Shown: positions 1 to 8,110 of the stretch, piece after piece
Layout: every line of letters starts with the position of its first letter
How positions within the stretch are numbered: the first letter of the stretch is position 1
Assembly (NCBI GenBank): GCA_964572735.1
Contig: CAZNHE010000007.1
Span: 7,492-71,491, forward strand
From: an uncultured Chitinophagales bacterium
GTDB lineage: Bacteria; Bacteroidota; Rhodothermia; Balneolales; DATFMH01
Length of the DNA stretch: 64,000 nt
Direction: 5' to 3'
The notes under the pieces: model-generated
Told to the model about the DNA's origin: nothing
Seen by the model: the letters and a program-made list of their open reading frames with translations, nothing else
Database searches by the model: none
Translations under genes and position numbers: made by a program

Positions 1-150
1 AGCTGAGAGGGCAATAGGTAATAACAATAACTTTTATTGTTTAGTAATGGAGCCGGAATTTTGAATTCCTTTGAGGAAGGAAATATCCCATTTTCTTCCC
101 AGACCGCTCAATGTCCGTTAAGAACGTCGTTTATAGCTTGCTCTCAAAAG

Positions 151-223
151 AGCGGGAAACGGGATTCGAACCCGCGACCCTCAGCTTGGGAAGCTGATGC
201 TCTGCCAACTGAGCTACTCCCGC
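151..223 (-). tRNA. tRNA-Gly (anticodon CCC)
   Basis: The reverse complement reads GCGGGAG-TA-GCTC-AGTTGGCA-GAGC-A-TCAGC-TTCCCAA-GCTGA-GGGTC-GCGGG-TTCGAAT-CCCGT-TTCCCGC-T. This gives a 7-bp acceptor stem, D and T arms, a GTTCGAAT T-loop and an anticodon loop with CCC at positions 34-36. No CCA is encoded. Confidence 0.9.
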
Positions 224-1085
224 TTGAACACGTATGTTCCAATAATATCGAAATCCTTCCAGATTCGCCATCTCAGCCTTACATAATTTGAACCTGAGGT
301 CTGAAAAATATCCCTGAGATCGTCAGGATTCCTCCCTCGGAGGATGATTGGAGGATGGGCTGCTTGCCGACTGCATGCGCAGTGTTGTACGCCGTTCCGC
401 CGACCTCTGATCCCAGAGCGGGAAGTAACAATTTTTGTTCGTACGGCAGATTCTCTGCAAGAAGATTCCTCCGGACTTTCATCCTGCCGAAATCAGCAGC
501 GTTTTCATGACGATAAGCCCGTTCCTGTGTTCACTTGTTCAGATTCTATGTGTGTTTCTATAAATCGTTAATAAACATATAACCTATGGGTGCATAATAG
601 AAAATGGCCATTTTATTATAGTTCAATTTTAATGGTATTTTTTTTGCTAATGAATGAATAATTAATTATCTATCGGTCAGGGCTTTAAAATGAATACAAA
701 AGGTCATGGTTGTGTCTTTAACTTTATTGCTTATTATGAGTGGATTGGCATTGTATGAGTTTCTTTCGTTGTGGTTGCTCATGCGTGAAATAGAAGCTTC
801 AGAGAGAGAATACTTCCTGAAAACAGAGCGCACATTTCGGCTCCGTAATAAAGGGCTGAATTAAAGATAATTCCGGTGGATGTCCCCCCGGAGGAAGGAT
901 TGCGGCTTCTTTCTTACCACAACAAATATGAAAAGCGCAAAGCGGACCATACTGATTCCGTGTCGCCTTGTATGTTTCATTTGATCTGGAGATTCTCACG
1001 ATCCTCAGATCGCTATTGAAGCTATATTATTTATACAGGCATAATTAATGTGCGACTTGACGAATTCTTTTTTTATGCATAGTTT

Positions 1086-1125
1086 CAACCATTCGGTTAG
1101 ATCAATTAGTTGAATCGATTGGTTG
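1086..1125. promoter_or_regulatory. Putative TetR operator (inverted repeat CAACCATTCG-N20-CGATTGGTTG)
   Basis: A 10-bp inverted repeat with one mismatch ends 10 nt before the TetR start codon. The inner segment contains the AATCGATT palindrome. Position and symmetry fit an autoregulatory TetR operator. This is inference only. Confidence 0.35.
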
Positions 1126-1135
1126 ATAAGGTCAG

Positions 1136-1768
1136 ATGGCGGGAAATAAGATGTCGGATAAACAGCCGGACAAGAATACGGAGGAGGAAATCCTTCAGGC
1201 CGCGCGCCGGGTATTTATCCGCCGCGGATACGATGGAGCCCGAATGCAGGAGATAGCGAATGAGGCGGGGTATAACAAATCCATGCTTCACTACTATTAC
1301 CGCAGCAAGGATCGCCTGTTTCATGAGGTTTTTATCGATGTGGTGCGACGTATTATCCCGCCGTTGCTCGCCGTCCTGGAAGAGAATCTCGATTTGATGA
1401 AAAAGCTCGAAAAGATGATCAACAAATTGCTTGAAAGCCTGGAAATGCATCCCTACGTGCCGGGATTCATGACCCGGGAACTCAACCAGCATCCGGAACG
1501 CATCTCCGAGATGATCGAAGAACTGGGACTCCATATGCCGGAGTTGTTTATTCGCCAGGTCAGGACAGCGGTCAGGGCCGGAAAAATCATCCCGATTCAT
1601 CCCGTTCAGTTGCTTATCAATGTGCTTGCCTTGTGTATTTTTCCCTACATCGGAGGTCCCATGGTCAGAGGAGTAACAACAATGAGTGAAGAAGAATACA
1701 ACCGGCTCTTAAAAGAGCGGAAGAAACTGCTTCCTCAATTCATCCACAAAGCATTGCAGCCTATATGA
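1136..1768 (+). CDS. TetR/AcrR family transcriptional regulator
   Basis: The N-terminal HTH ILQAARRVFIRRGYDGARMQEIANEAGYNKSMLHYYYRSKDRLF is a classic TetR_N signature. The stop overlaps the next gene start (ATGA). Confidence 0.9.
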   Translation: MAGNKMSDKQPDKNTEEEILQAARRVFIRRGYDGARMQEIANEAGYNKSMLHYYYRSKDRLFHEVFIDVVRRIIPPLLAVLEENLDLMKKLEKMINKLLESLEMHPYVPGFMTRELNQHPERISEMIEELGLHMPELFIRQVRTAVRAGKIIPIHPVQLLINVLALCIFPYIGGPMVRGVTTMSEEEYNRLLKERKKLLPQFIHKALQPI

Positions 1769-3012
1769 TTGCATCTTTGTTATCCGTGCTTCTTCTTTTA
1801 CAGCAACCGGCTGCAACCGATTCGCTGAGCCTGCAGCAGTGTTACAATCTGGCGCGGGAGCATCAGCCGGCATTAAACCGGCTGATGCTCGACAATCAGG
1901 CTGCACAGCTCCGGAAGGAGTCGATAGACCGCAAAAATTATCCCCAACTATCCATGTCGGGCAGGGCGACATACCAGGATGAGGTTACGTCGATTCCCGG
2001 CGCACCTTTTACGATAAGTAAAGACCAGTATAAATTGGTTCTTCAGGTGGACCAGGAGCTTTTTGACGGAGGCGCAGCACGCGCTGCCAGAAAGGTGTCG
2101 GCCTCTCAGGAAAAGGTGGATAAAGCACAGGTTAACGTGCAGTTGTATCAGGTTCATAACGAGGTTAACCAGGCTTTTTTCGAAGTTCTGTTGGCGCGAA
2201 CCAATCTTAGCATCCTGGATTTGAAGAAGCAGGTGCTTGTAAAACAATTGTCTGCGATCCGTTCCCGGGTGAAGAACGGGATGGCACTGCCGGGCGCTGC
2301 AGCTGCACTTCAGGCCGAACTGCTGGTTACCGGGCAACAGATTCTGTCTACAGAATACAATGAACAATCGGCCCTGGGGGCACTTTCCATTATAACAGGA
2401 CAGTCGCTCGATTCTGCCACGGTGCTCAGCCTTCCCTTCGACACAACGAAATTTACTCCCCCGGAGAACATAGAACGTCCTGAACTGGATATGTACCAGG
2501 CCCGCCGGTCTCTGCTTGATCGTGAAATGAATCAGACAAAAGTGAGGAATGTCCCCCGTCTGTCGGCCTTTGCGCAGGGGATCTATGGCCGTCCGGGACT
2601 GAATATCTTCAAAAATCAGTTTGAACCCAATTATATGATCGGAGTGAGGCTCACCTGGAATATATGGGATTGGCATGAAGCCCGCCGGCAGCGTTCCCTG
2701 CTTTCCATCCAAAAAAAGATCATTAACACGAAGCAGGAAACTTTCCTGCAAAATGTCCATATCGGGATGCGCCGGGAAAGGGCTCAAATCTCTAAATACC
2801 GGGCATTGATGAATCAGGACACCCGCATCATCACGCTGCGGAAGCAGGTAGAAGAACAAAGCGCCAGCCGGCTTCGCAACGGAACCATCACTCCCGGTGA
2901 TTATCTGGAGGATCTGAACCGCGTGTACCAGGCCCGGCTTTCGCGAGAACAGCATCGTCTGCAATGGACGTATGCGGTTATCAATTATATGACACAAACG
3001 GGGATATTATGA
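1765..3012 (+). CDS. TolC-family outer membrane efflux protein
   Basis: 415 aa with a signal-like N-terminus and the two-repeat coiled-coil/beta pattern typical of OEP/TolC proteins. It is translationally coupled to the TetR and HlyD genes. Confidence 0.85.
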   Translation: MIASLLSVLLLLQQPAATDSLSLQQCYNLAREHQPALNRLMLDNQAAQLRKESIDRKNYPQLSMSGRATYQDEVTSIPGAPFTISKDQYKLVLQVDQELFDGGAARAARKVSASQEKVDKAQVNVQLYQVHNEVNQAFFEVLLARTNLSILDLKKQVLVKQLSAIRSRVKNGMALPGAAAALQAELLVTGQQILSTEYNEQSALGALSIITGQSLDSATVLSLPFDTTKFTPPENIERPELDMYQARRSLLDREMNQTKVRNVPRLSAFAQGIYGRPGLNIFKNQFEPNYMIGVRLTWNIWDWHEARRQRSLLSIQKKIINTKQETFLQNVHIGMRRERAQISKYRALMNQDTRIITLRKQVEEQSASRLRNGTITPGDYLEDLNRVYQARLSREQHRLQWTYAVINYMTQTGIL

Positions 3013-3896
3013 ATCGCTCAGCGCTGTTTTTGGCCGCTATCGTTTTCATTCTGGGCGCTTCCGCCTGCGGACGCAGCCGGGAGACCGGGGATGCCTGGGG
3101 AAACTTCGAGGCAGTGGAAACCACCGTAGCCTCAATGGCTAACGGACAAATAATGTCCCTGAATGTGGACGAGGGTTCCCGCCTGAAAAAAGGCGAAATT
3201 GTGGGTTTCATCGATACGACCAGTCTCCATTTGCAAAAGCAACAGCTTTTCGCCTCAATTGAGTCGCTGGAACGCCAAATCGCCAGTACGGGAGATCAGG
3301 CGAAAGTGATCCGGACACAACTTAAACTGGCAAATATCACGCTGAAACGTACCCATCGGCTGGTCAGTGACCATGCCGCCACTCCTCAGCAACTCGACGA
3401 GGCACAAAACAAAGTGAATGTGCTCCGTAGCCGGCTGACAGCCACACAATCTCAGTCGGCCGTCATCCGATCCAGGATCAAGTCGACCAGGATTCAGGCG
3501 GATCAGGTCGACAATAAGATTCGCCAAAGCCTGATCGTCAACCCTGTCGATGGAATTGTGCTGGTGCGGTATGCCGAGCAGGGAGAAGTGGCTGGTTTCG
3601 GGAAACCTTTGTACGATATCGCTCCGCTGGACACTATCGACCTGCGCGTGTATGTGAGCGAATCGCAGTTAGTACAGGTGAAGCTGAATCAGCAGGTGAG
3701 TGTTCATGTGGACAACGGATCGGGCGGAATGCGTACTTATCCGGGGCGTATCAGCTGGATATCCCCACAGGCGGAATTCACCCCGAAGAACATCCAAACC
3801 AAAGAAAACCGCGTAGCGGAAGTGTATGCGATGAAAGTGCGGGTTCCTAACGACGGTACACTCAAGATCGGCATGGCGGCGTCCGTTTCATTCTGA
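3009..3896 (+). CDS. HlyD-family periplasmic adaptor (membrane fusion protein), probable lipoprotein
   Basis: I chose the start at MNRSALFLAAIVFILGASAC, which overlaps the TolC stop as ATGA; the ORF track begins earlier, at 2964. The protein has a long coiled-coil segment and a C-terminal beta-barrel motif (TPKNIQTKENRVAEVYAMKV), typical of YbhG/HlyD_3 adaptors. Confidence 0.85.
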   Translation: MNRSALFLAAIVFILGASACGRSRETGDAWGNFEAVETTVASMANGQIMSLNVDEGSRLKKGEIVGFIDTTSLHLQKQQLFASIESLERQIASTGDQAKVIRTQLKLANITLKRTHRLVSDHAATPQQLDEAQNKVNVLRSRLTATQSQSAVIRSRIKSTRIQADQVDNKIRQSLIVNPVDGIVLVRYAEQGEVAGFGKPLYDIAPLDTIDLRVYVSESQLVQVKLNQQVSVHVDNGSGGMRTYPGRISWISPQAEFTPKNIQTKENRVAEVYAMKVRVPNDGTLKIGMAASVSF

Positions 3897-3911
3897 TTCA
3901 TCCGGAGTACC

Positions 3912-4826
3912 ATGAGCATCATATCGGTTAATGAGATTCGCAAATCATTCGGCAAAACCGTGGCACTCGATGCGGTCAGCGTATCTGTCGAAAAAGGAGA
4001 ATTGTTCGGTTTCATTGGTCCCGACGGAGGCGGCAAGAGCACCCTGTTCCGTATCCTTGCCACAGTAATGGTCCCCGATGAAGGGGAGGTTGCCGTGATG
4101 GGGTGGGACACCGTGCGCGACTATCGCGAAATTCGCCGCCATATCGGTTATATGCCCGGCCGGTTTTCATTGTATACGGATCTCAGCGTGCAGGAAAACC
4201 TGCAGTTCTTCGCACGCATCTACGGGACCGACATTACCGAGCACTACGAGTGGATCAAAGATATTTATGATCAGATCGCACCTTTCAGGAATCGGCGGGC
4301 AGGCGACTTATCCGGCGGGATGAAGCAGAAACTGGCACTTTCCTGCGCGCTGATTCATCACCCTGATGTTTTGCTGCTTGACGAACCTACCACCGGTGTG
4401 GATGCCGTCTCGCGGCAGGAATTCTGGCAGGTGCTTCAGCGGCTGAAGAAGGAAGGGTTGACGATCGTCGTCTCTACGCCTTACATGGATGAAGCCGCCC
4501 AGTGCGACCGGATAGCTCTTCTCCAGGAAGGTCACCTGCTGGCCGTCGATACACCTGCCGGCATTACCGGTGAGTTTGGGCAACCGCTTTATTCTGTGGC
4601 CGGGACTCCCCGTTACGCCACGCTTCGGCACGTCCGGTCATGGAATGAAACAAGCAGGGTTTATCCTTTTGGAGAACGTCTTCATTTGGTAACTCATCGT
4701 CCCGTGGATACGGCAGATCTGGTGCATAGGCTCGAAGGCCGGGAGATATCGGACGTGGCGGTGGATCCTGCGGAACCGACGATAGAAGATGCTTTTATCG
4801 CCCTGATGGAAGTTTCCAATGGATGA
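3912..4826 (+). CDS. ABC transporter ATP-binding protein
   Basis: Walker A GPDGGGKST, signature LSGGMKQKL and Walker B LLLDEPTTGVD are present. Confidence 0.9.
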   Translation: MSIISVNEIRKSFGKTVALDAVSVSVEKGELFGFIGPDGGGKSTLFRILATVMVPDEGEVAVMGWDTVRDYREIRRHIGYMPGRFSLYTDLSVQENLQFFARIYGTDITEHYEWIKDIYDQIAPFRNRRAGDLSGGMKQKLALSCALIHHPDVLLLDEPTTGVDAVSRQEFWQVLQRLKKEGLTIVVSTPYMDEAAQCDRIALLQEGHLLAVDTPAGITGEFGQPLYSVAGTPRYATLRHVRSWNETSRVYPFGERLHLVTHRPVDTADLVHRLEGREISDVAVDPAEPTIEDAFIALMEVSNG

Positions 4827-5556
4827 TCAGGTCATAATTGTTGAAAATCTGGTTCGCACTTTCGGCTCATTTACCGCAGTCGACCGGGTCTCATTCACGG
4901 TAAGGCGGGGTGAGATATTCGGCTTTCTGGGAGCCAATGGTGCGGGCAAAACTACAACGATGAAGATGCTGACCGGCCTGCTGGGCGTATCGGGAGGAAG
5001 CGCCCGGGTGGCGGGATTTGATGTGAAACGCGATCCTGAGAAGGTGAAAGCGCACATCGGTTACATGAGCCAGCGATTTGCCTTGTATGATGATCTGACG
5101 GTTTGGGAGAACATCCGCTTTTATTCAGGAGTCTACGGGTTGACGAACGGAGAGATCCGCGAACGGGGCGGGGCCATGCTGAAGAAGCTGAATATGGAAG
5201 ACGAAAAGGACCAGCGCATCGGCTCACTGCCGCCCGGGTGGAAACAAAAGCTGGCATTCTCCGTGGCGCTGCTTCACCGGCCGGATATCGTGTTCCTGGA
5301 TGAACCCACCGGTGGCGTCGATCCGGTAACCCGGCGCCAGTTCTGGGAGATGATCTACGAAGCGGCTGATGGGGGAACTACTGTTTTCGTGACAACGCAT
5401 TACATGGATGAGGCCGAATATTGTGATCGTATCGGCATCATGGTGGCCGGCAGAATGGAGGCACTGGATACACCTGCAGGGTTGAAGCAGCGATTCCAGG
5501 CCCGTTCGATGGAGGAGGTGTTTGTACAACTTGTCCGCGGAAAGCAGGAGGTATGA
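4819..5556 (+). CDS. ABC transporter ATP-binding protein (second ATPase)
   Basis: Walker A GANGAGKTT, a signature-like LPPGWKQKL and Walker B VFLDEPTGGVD are present. It overlaps the previous ATPase gene by 8 nt. Together the two resemble the two halves of the fused YbhF-type ATPase. Confidence 0.9.
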   Translation: MDDQVIIVENLVRTFGSFTAVDRVSFTVRRGEIFGFLGANGAGKTTTMKMLTGLLGVSGGSARVAGFDVKRDPEKVKAHIGYMSQRFALYDDLTVWENIRFYSGVYGLTNGEIRERGGAMLKKLNMEDEKDQRIGSLPPGWKQKLAFSVALLHRPDIVFLDEPTGGVDPVTRRQFWEMIYEAADGGTTVFVTTHYMDEAEYCDRIGIMVAGRMEALDTPAGLKQRFQARSMEEVFVQLVRGKQEV

Positions 5557-6717
5557 ATGCGCAGTTTTGCAGGATTTCTCATCAAAGAATTTTATCACAT
5601 CATCCGCGATTCCCGCTCATTGCTGATTCTTTTTGGTATGCCGGCGGTTCAGCTCGTCCTGTTCGGATATGCTGTCCGGAATGAACTGACGCAGGCCCGC
5701 TTTGCCGTGGTTGATCCTTCCCGCGATGTGGTAACCACACAGTTGGTTCACAAGTTGTCATCCTCCCGTTTTCTGCAATTTACAGGATACCTGAACAGCG
5801 TAAACGACATTCATGAGGCATTTAAATCGGGCAGGGTGAAAGAGGTGATTGTGCTCGACCGGCACTTTGCGCGTAAAATGAAAGACGGGAAACCGGTAAA
5901 TATTCAGCTGATTGCCGATGCCTCGGATCCGAACATGGGGCGCATGATCACCGGACAAATCAGGGGAGTTATTCAGCAGTTCCAAAAATCCATCCCAATT
6001 GCCGCAGGTGTAAAGACGCTGAATTCCGCGTCTCTACACTCACAACGGCCGCCCGGGGAAGCGGGAGCCGTGCGTATAGAAATACAGGATCGTATGCTCT
6101 ACAACCCCGATCTGCGAAGTGTGAACCTGTTTGTTCCCGGGATCATTGCAGTCATTCTGATGCTGATATCGGCCCTGATGACTTCTATCACAATTACCCG
6201 CGAAAAAGAGACCGGAACGATGGAAATCCTGCTGGCCTCGCCGCTGCGCCCGGGACAAATCATCGCAGGGAAAGTGTTGCCCTATTTGTTCTTGTCATTC
6301 ATCAATGTATTGATTGTGTTGGGGCTGGCACTGGTCATTTTCCAAATTCCCTTTCGGGGGAGTATGCTTCTGTTCCTTGCCGAATCGACCCTTTTTGCCC
6401 TGACCGCACTTTCTCTCGGACTCCTGATCTCGGCGGTTTGTGATTCTCAGCAGACGGCCATGATGCTGGCACTGGGCGGCCTGCTTCTCCCCACGATCCT
6501 GCTTTCAGGATTTATTTTTCCCGTTACCAGCATGCCCTGGCCGTTACAATGGCTGAGTACCGTTATTCCCGCGCGGTGGTTCCTGGTGATTGTGCGGGGC
6601 ATCATGCTGAAGGGAGTCGGTCTGGCCGTACTCTGGAAAGAGACCGTCATCCTGGCAGGGATGACACTCGTTTTTCTGCTGGTAAGCATCCGGAAATTTA
6701 AAGTACGTCTCGACTAA
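5557..6717 (+). CDS. ABC-2 type transporter permease (YbhS/YbhR-like)
   Basis: It has an N-terminal TM segment, a large periplasmic loop and a C-terminal ABC-2 membrane domain with 5 TM segments. The start immediately follows the ATPase stop. Confidence 0.85.
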   Translation: MRSFAGFLIKEFYHIIRDSRSLLILFGMPAVQLVLFGYAVRNELTQARFAVVDPSRDVVTTQLVHKLSSSRFLQFTGYLNSVNDIHEAFKSGRVKEVIVLDRHFARKMKDGKPVNIQLIADASDPNMGRMITGQIRGVIQQFQKSIPIAAGVKTLNSASLHSQRPPGEAGAVRIEIQDRMLYNPDLRSVNLFVPGIIAVILMLISALMTSITITREKETGTMEILLASPLRPGQIIAGKVLPYLFLSFINVLIVLGLALVIFQIPFRGSMLLFLAESTLFALTALSLGLLISAVCDSQQTAMMLALGGLLLPTILLSGFIFPVTSMPWPLQWLSTVIPARWFLVIVRGIMLKGVGLAVLWKETVILAGMTLVFLLVSIRKFKVRLD

Positions 6718-6780
6718 TGCTATGCCAACTATGCTTTGACGTCTTTTCTCGCTCTTCTCGATTTTCGGGGCGCTGGTTTT

Positions 6781-6818
6781 CTGCGGAACTCAGCGATTAA
6801 CTCTGCGGGACTCAGCGA
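6781..6818. repeat. Direct repeat, 2 x 16 nt (CTGCGGAACTCAGCGA / CTGCGGGACTCAGCGA), 22-nt period
   Basis: Read directly from the sequence, with 15/16 identity. It lies inside the 138-nt gap between the two permease genes of the efflux operon. Confidence 0.8.
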
Positions 6819-6855
6819 GAAATATACATGGCGAAATATCCTTGACATCACACTA

Positions 6856-7971
6856 ATGCGTATCGTTCGTTTCCTGATCCAAAAAGAATTCCTGCAGATC
6901 TTCCGTAACAAGGGGATGGTGCCCATCCTGTTTCTGATGCCGCTGGTTCAGCTTATCGTTCTGGTGAATGCCGCGACATATGAGATCAAAAATATCAAAA
7001 TGTATATCGTGGATCAGGATCACTCTCAGGTTTCCAGGCAACTGGCCGGACATTTTCGCAGATCGGATTATTTTACGACGGTCGGGCGTTCGACCCGCAT
7101 CAGCGATGGAAAGAAAGCGATACATGAAGGAAACGTTACCATGACCATGGTGATACCTCGTCATTTCCAGCGGGATCTGATGACAAGGCATCACGTGAAT
7201 GTTCAACTGCTCATAAACTCCATAGATGGAAGCGCCGCAAGTGTTTCTCTTCAGTACGCCGCAGCTATTATTCGTGATTATAATAATGCGTTAAATGGAC
7301 TCTCAGGGCAGGTTGGCATTTCCCCGCAATCCGTCTCCGTCGATGTCAGGAATTGGTACAATCCGGAACTCAAATATACCAGTTATATGGTCCCGGGACT
7401 GCTGGTTATACTGGTGAGTATGATAGGCATGTTCCTGACAGGCATGAATATTTCCAGAGAAAAGGAATTGGGCACGATTGAACAGCTCAATATTACCCCG
7501 GTCAACCGGTATCAGTTTATCACGGGAAAGCTGGCGCCGTTCTGGATCATCGGAATGGGTGAACTGGCGGCGGGTATTTTTATCGGGTGGGCGCTTTACG
7601 CCATGCCGGTTGTGGGTAATATCGGGCTGATTTTTGTTGTTGCAGCGGTTTTTCTGCTGGTAGTTCTTGGACTGGGCCTGTTGATCTCGACGGTGAGTGA
7701 CACTCAGCAGCAGGCTATGTTTATCGCGTGGTTTTTGATGGTCGTTTTCATTCTTATGGGTGGATTATTTACCCCGATTGAAAGTATGCCGCTATGGGCA
7801 CAGAAAGCAACCATCATCGATCCGATTGCCCAGTTTATCCAGGTGATGCGCAACATTCTGTTGAAAGGATCGGGACTGGCGGATATCAGGTTTCAGTTTA
7901 TCGACCTGATCGTTATGGCCATTGTTGTTAATGCCCTGGCCGTCATGCGCTATCGAAAAACGCATGTCTGA
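6856..7971 (+). CDS. ABC-2 type transporter permease (paralog of 5557-6717)
   Basis: I chose the start at MRIVRFLIQKEFLQIFRN because it aligns with the MRSFAGFLIKEFYHIIRD start of the paralog. The ORF track's longer version from 6736 adds a non-homologous low-quality N-terminus. Confidence 0.85.
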   Translation: MRIVRFLIQKEFLQIFRNKGMVPILFLMPLVQLIVLVNAATYEIKNIKMYIVDQDHSQVSRQLAGHFRRSDYFTTVGRSTRISDGKKAIHEGNVTMTMVIPRHFQRDLMTRHHVNVQLLINSIDGSAASVSLQYAAAIIRDYNNALNGLSGQVGISPQSVSVDVRNWYNPELKYTSYMVPGLLVILVSMIGMFLTGMNISREKELGTIEQLNITPVNRYQFITGKLAPFWIIGMGELAAGIFIGWALYAMPVVGNIGLIFVVAAVFLLVVLGLGLLISTVSDTQQQAMFIAWFLMVVFILMGGLFTPIESMPLWAQKATIIDPIAQFIQVMRNILLKGSGLADIRFQFIDLIVMAIVVNALAVMRYRKTHV

Positions 7972-8006
7972 TCAGGTGACTTTAGCTGTATATGATGAAT
8001 TTTACA

Positions 8007-8092
8007 CTCTTTGCGAAGCCTCGGCCTTCTTTGCGGTAAGAAAAAAATAAACTGCAATGAACGCAAGGGAAAACAGGAGGGTACGCAAAGAG
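8007..8092. repeat. Nested inverted repeats built from TTTGCG/CGCAAA units
   Basis: CTCTTTGCG (8007-8015) pairs with CGCAAAGAG (8084-8092). The inner pair is TTCTTTGCGG (8027-8036) and CGCAAGGGA (8062-8070). The element lies in the convergent gap between the permease gene and the VWA gene. Confidence 0.6.
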
Positions 8093-8110
8093 AAACATTG
8101 CGTCCTGAGG

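Noticed and set aside
414-423. AGAGCGGGAA duplicates the tRNA-Gly 3' end region (149-158), raising the possibility of an att-site or integrated island.
   Set aside because: The match is only 10 nt. It lies on the 5' side of the minus-strand tRNA, which is the wrong side for 3'-end integration. No integrase or foreign-looking genes are nearby.
471-480. The minus strand reads GAAAGUCCGG, resembling the RNase P RNA CR-I block (GAGGAAAGUCCGGGC), next to a tRNA gene.
   Set aside because: The other universally conserved RNase P blocks (GGUAAGAGC-type, ACAGAA.CCGGCUUA) are absent from the surrounding 300 nt. The available space is also too short. A 10-mer match alone is not sufficient.
1948-2997. 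349-aa minus-strand ORF. Other long antisense ORFs are 12104-13000, 50761-51462, 53643-54665, 54814-55539, 60445-61203 and 62453-63178.
   Set aside because: Each lies antisense to a gene with strong family signatures (TolC, PBP2, ArgD, aminotransferase, CDF, GDE, SucA). None has motifs of its own, so I treat them as shadow ORFs.
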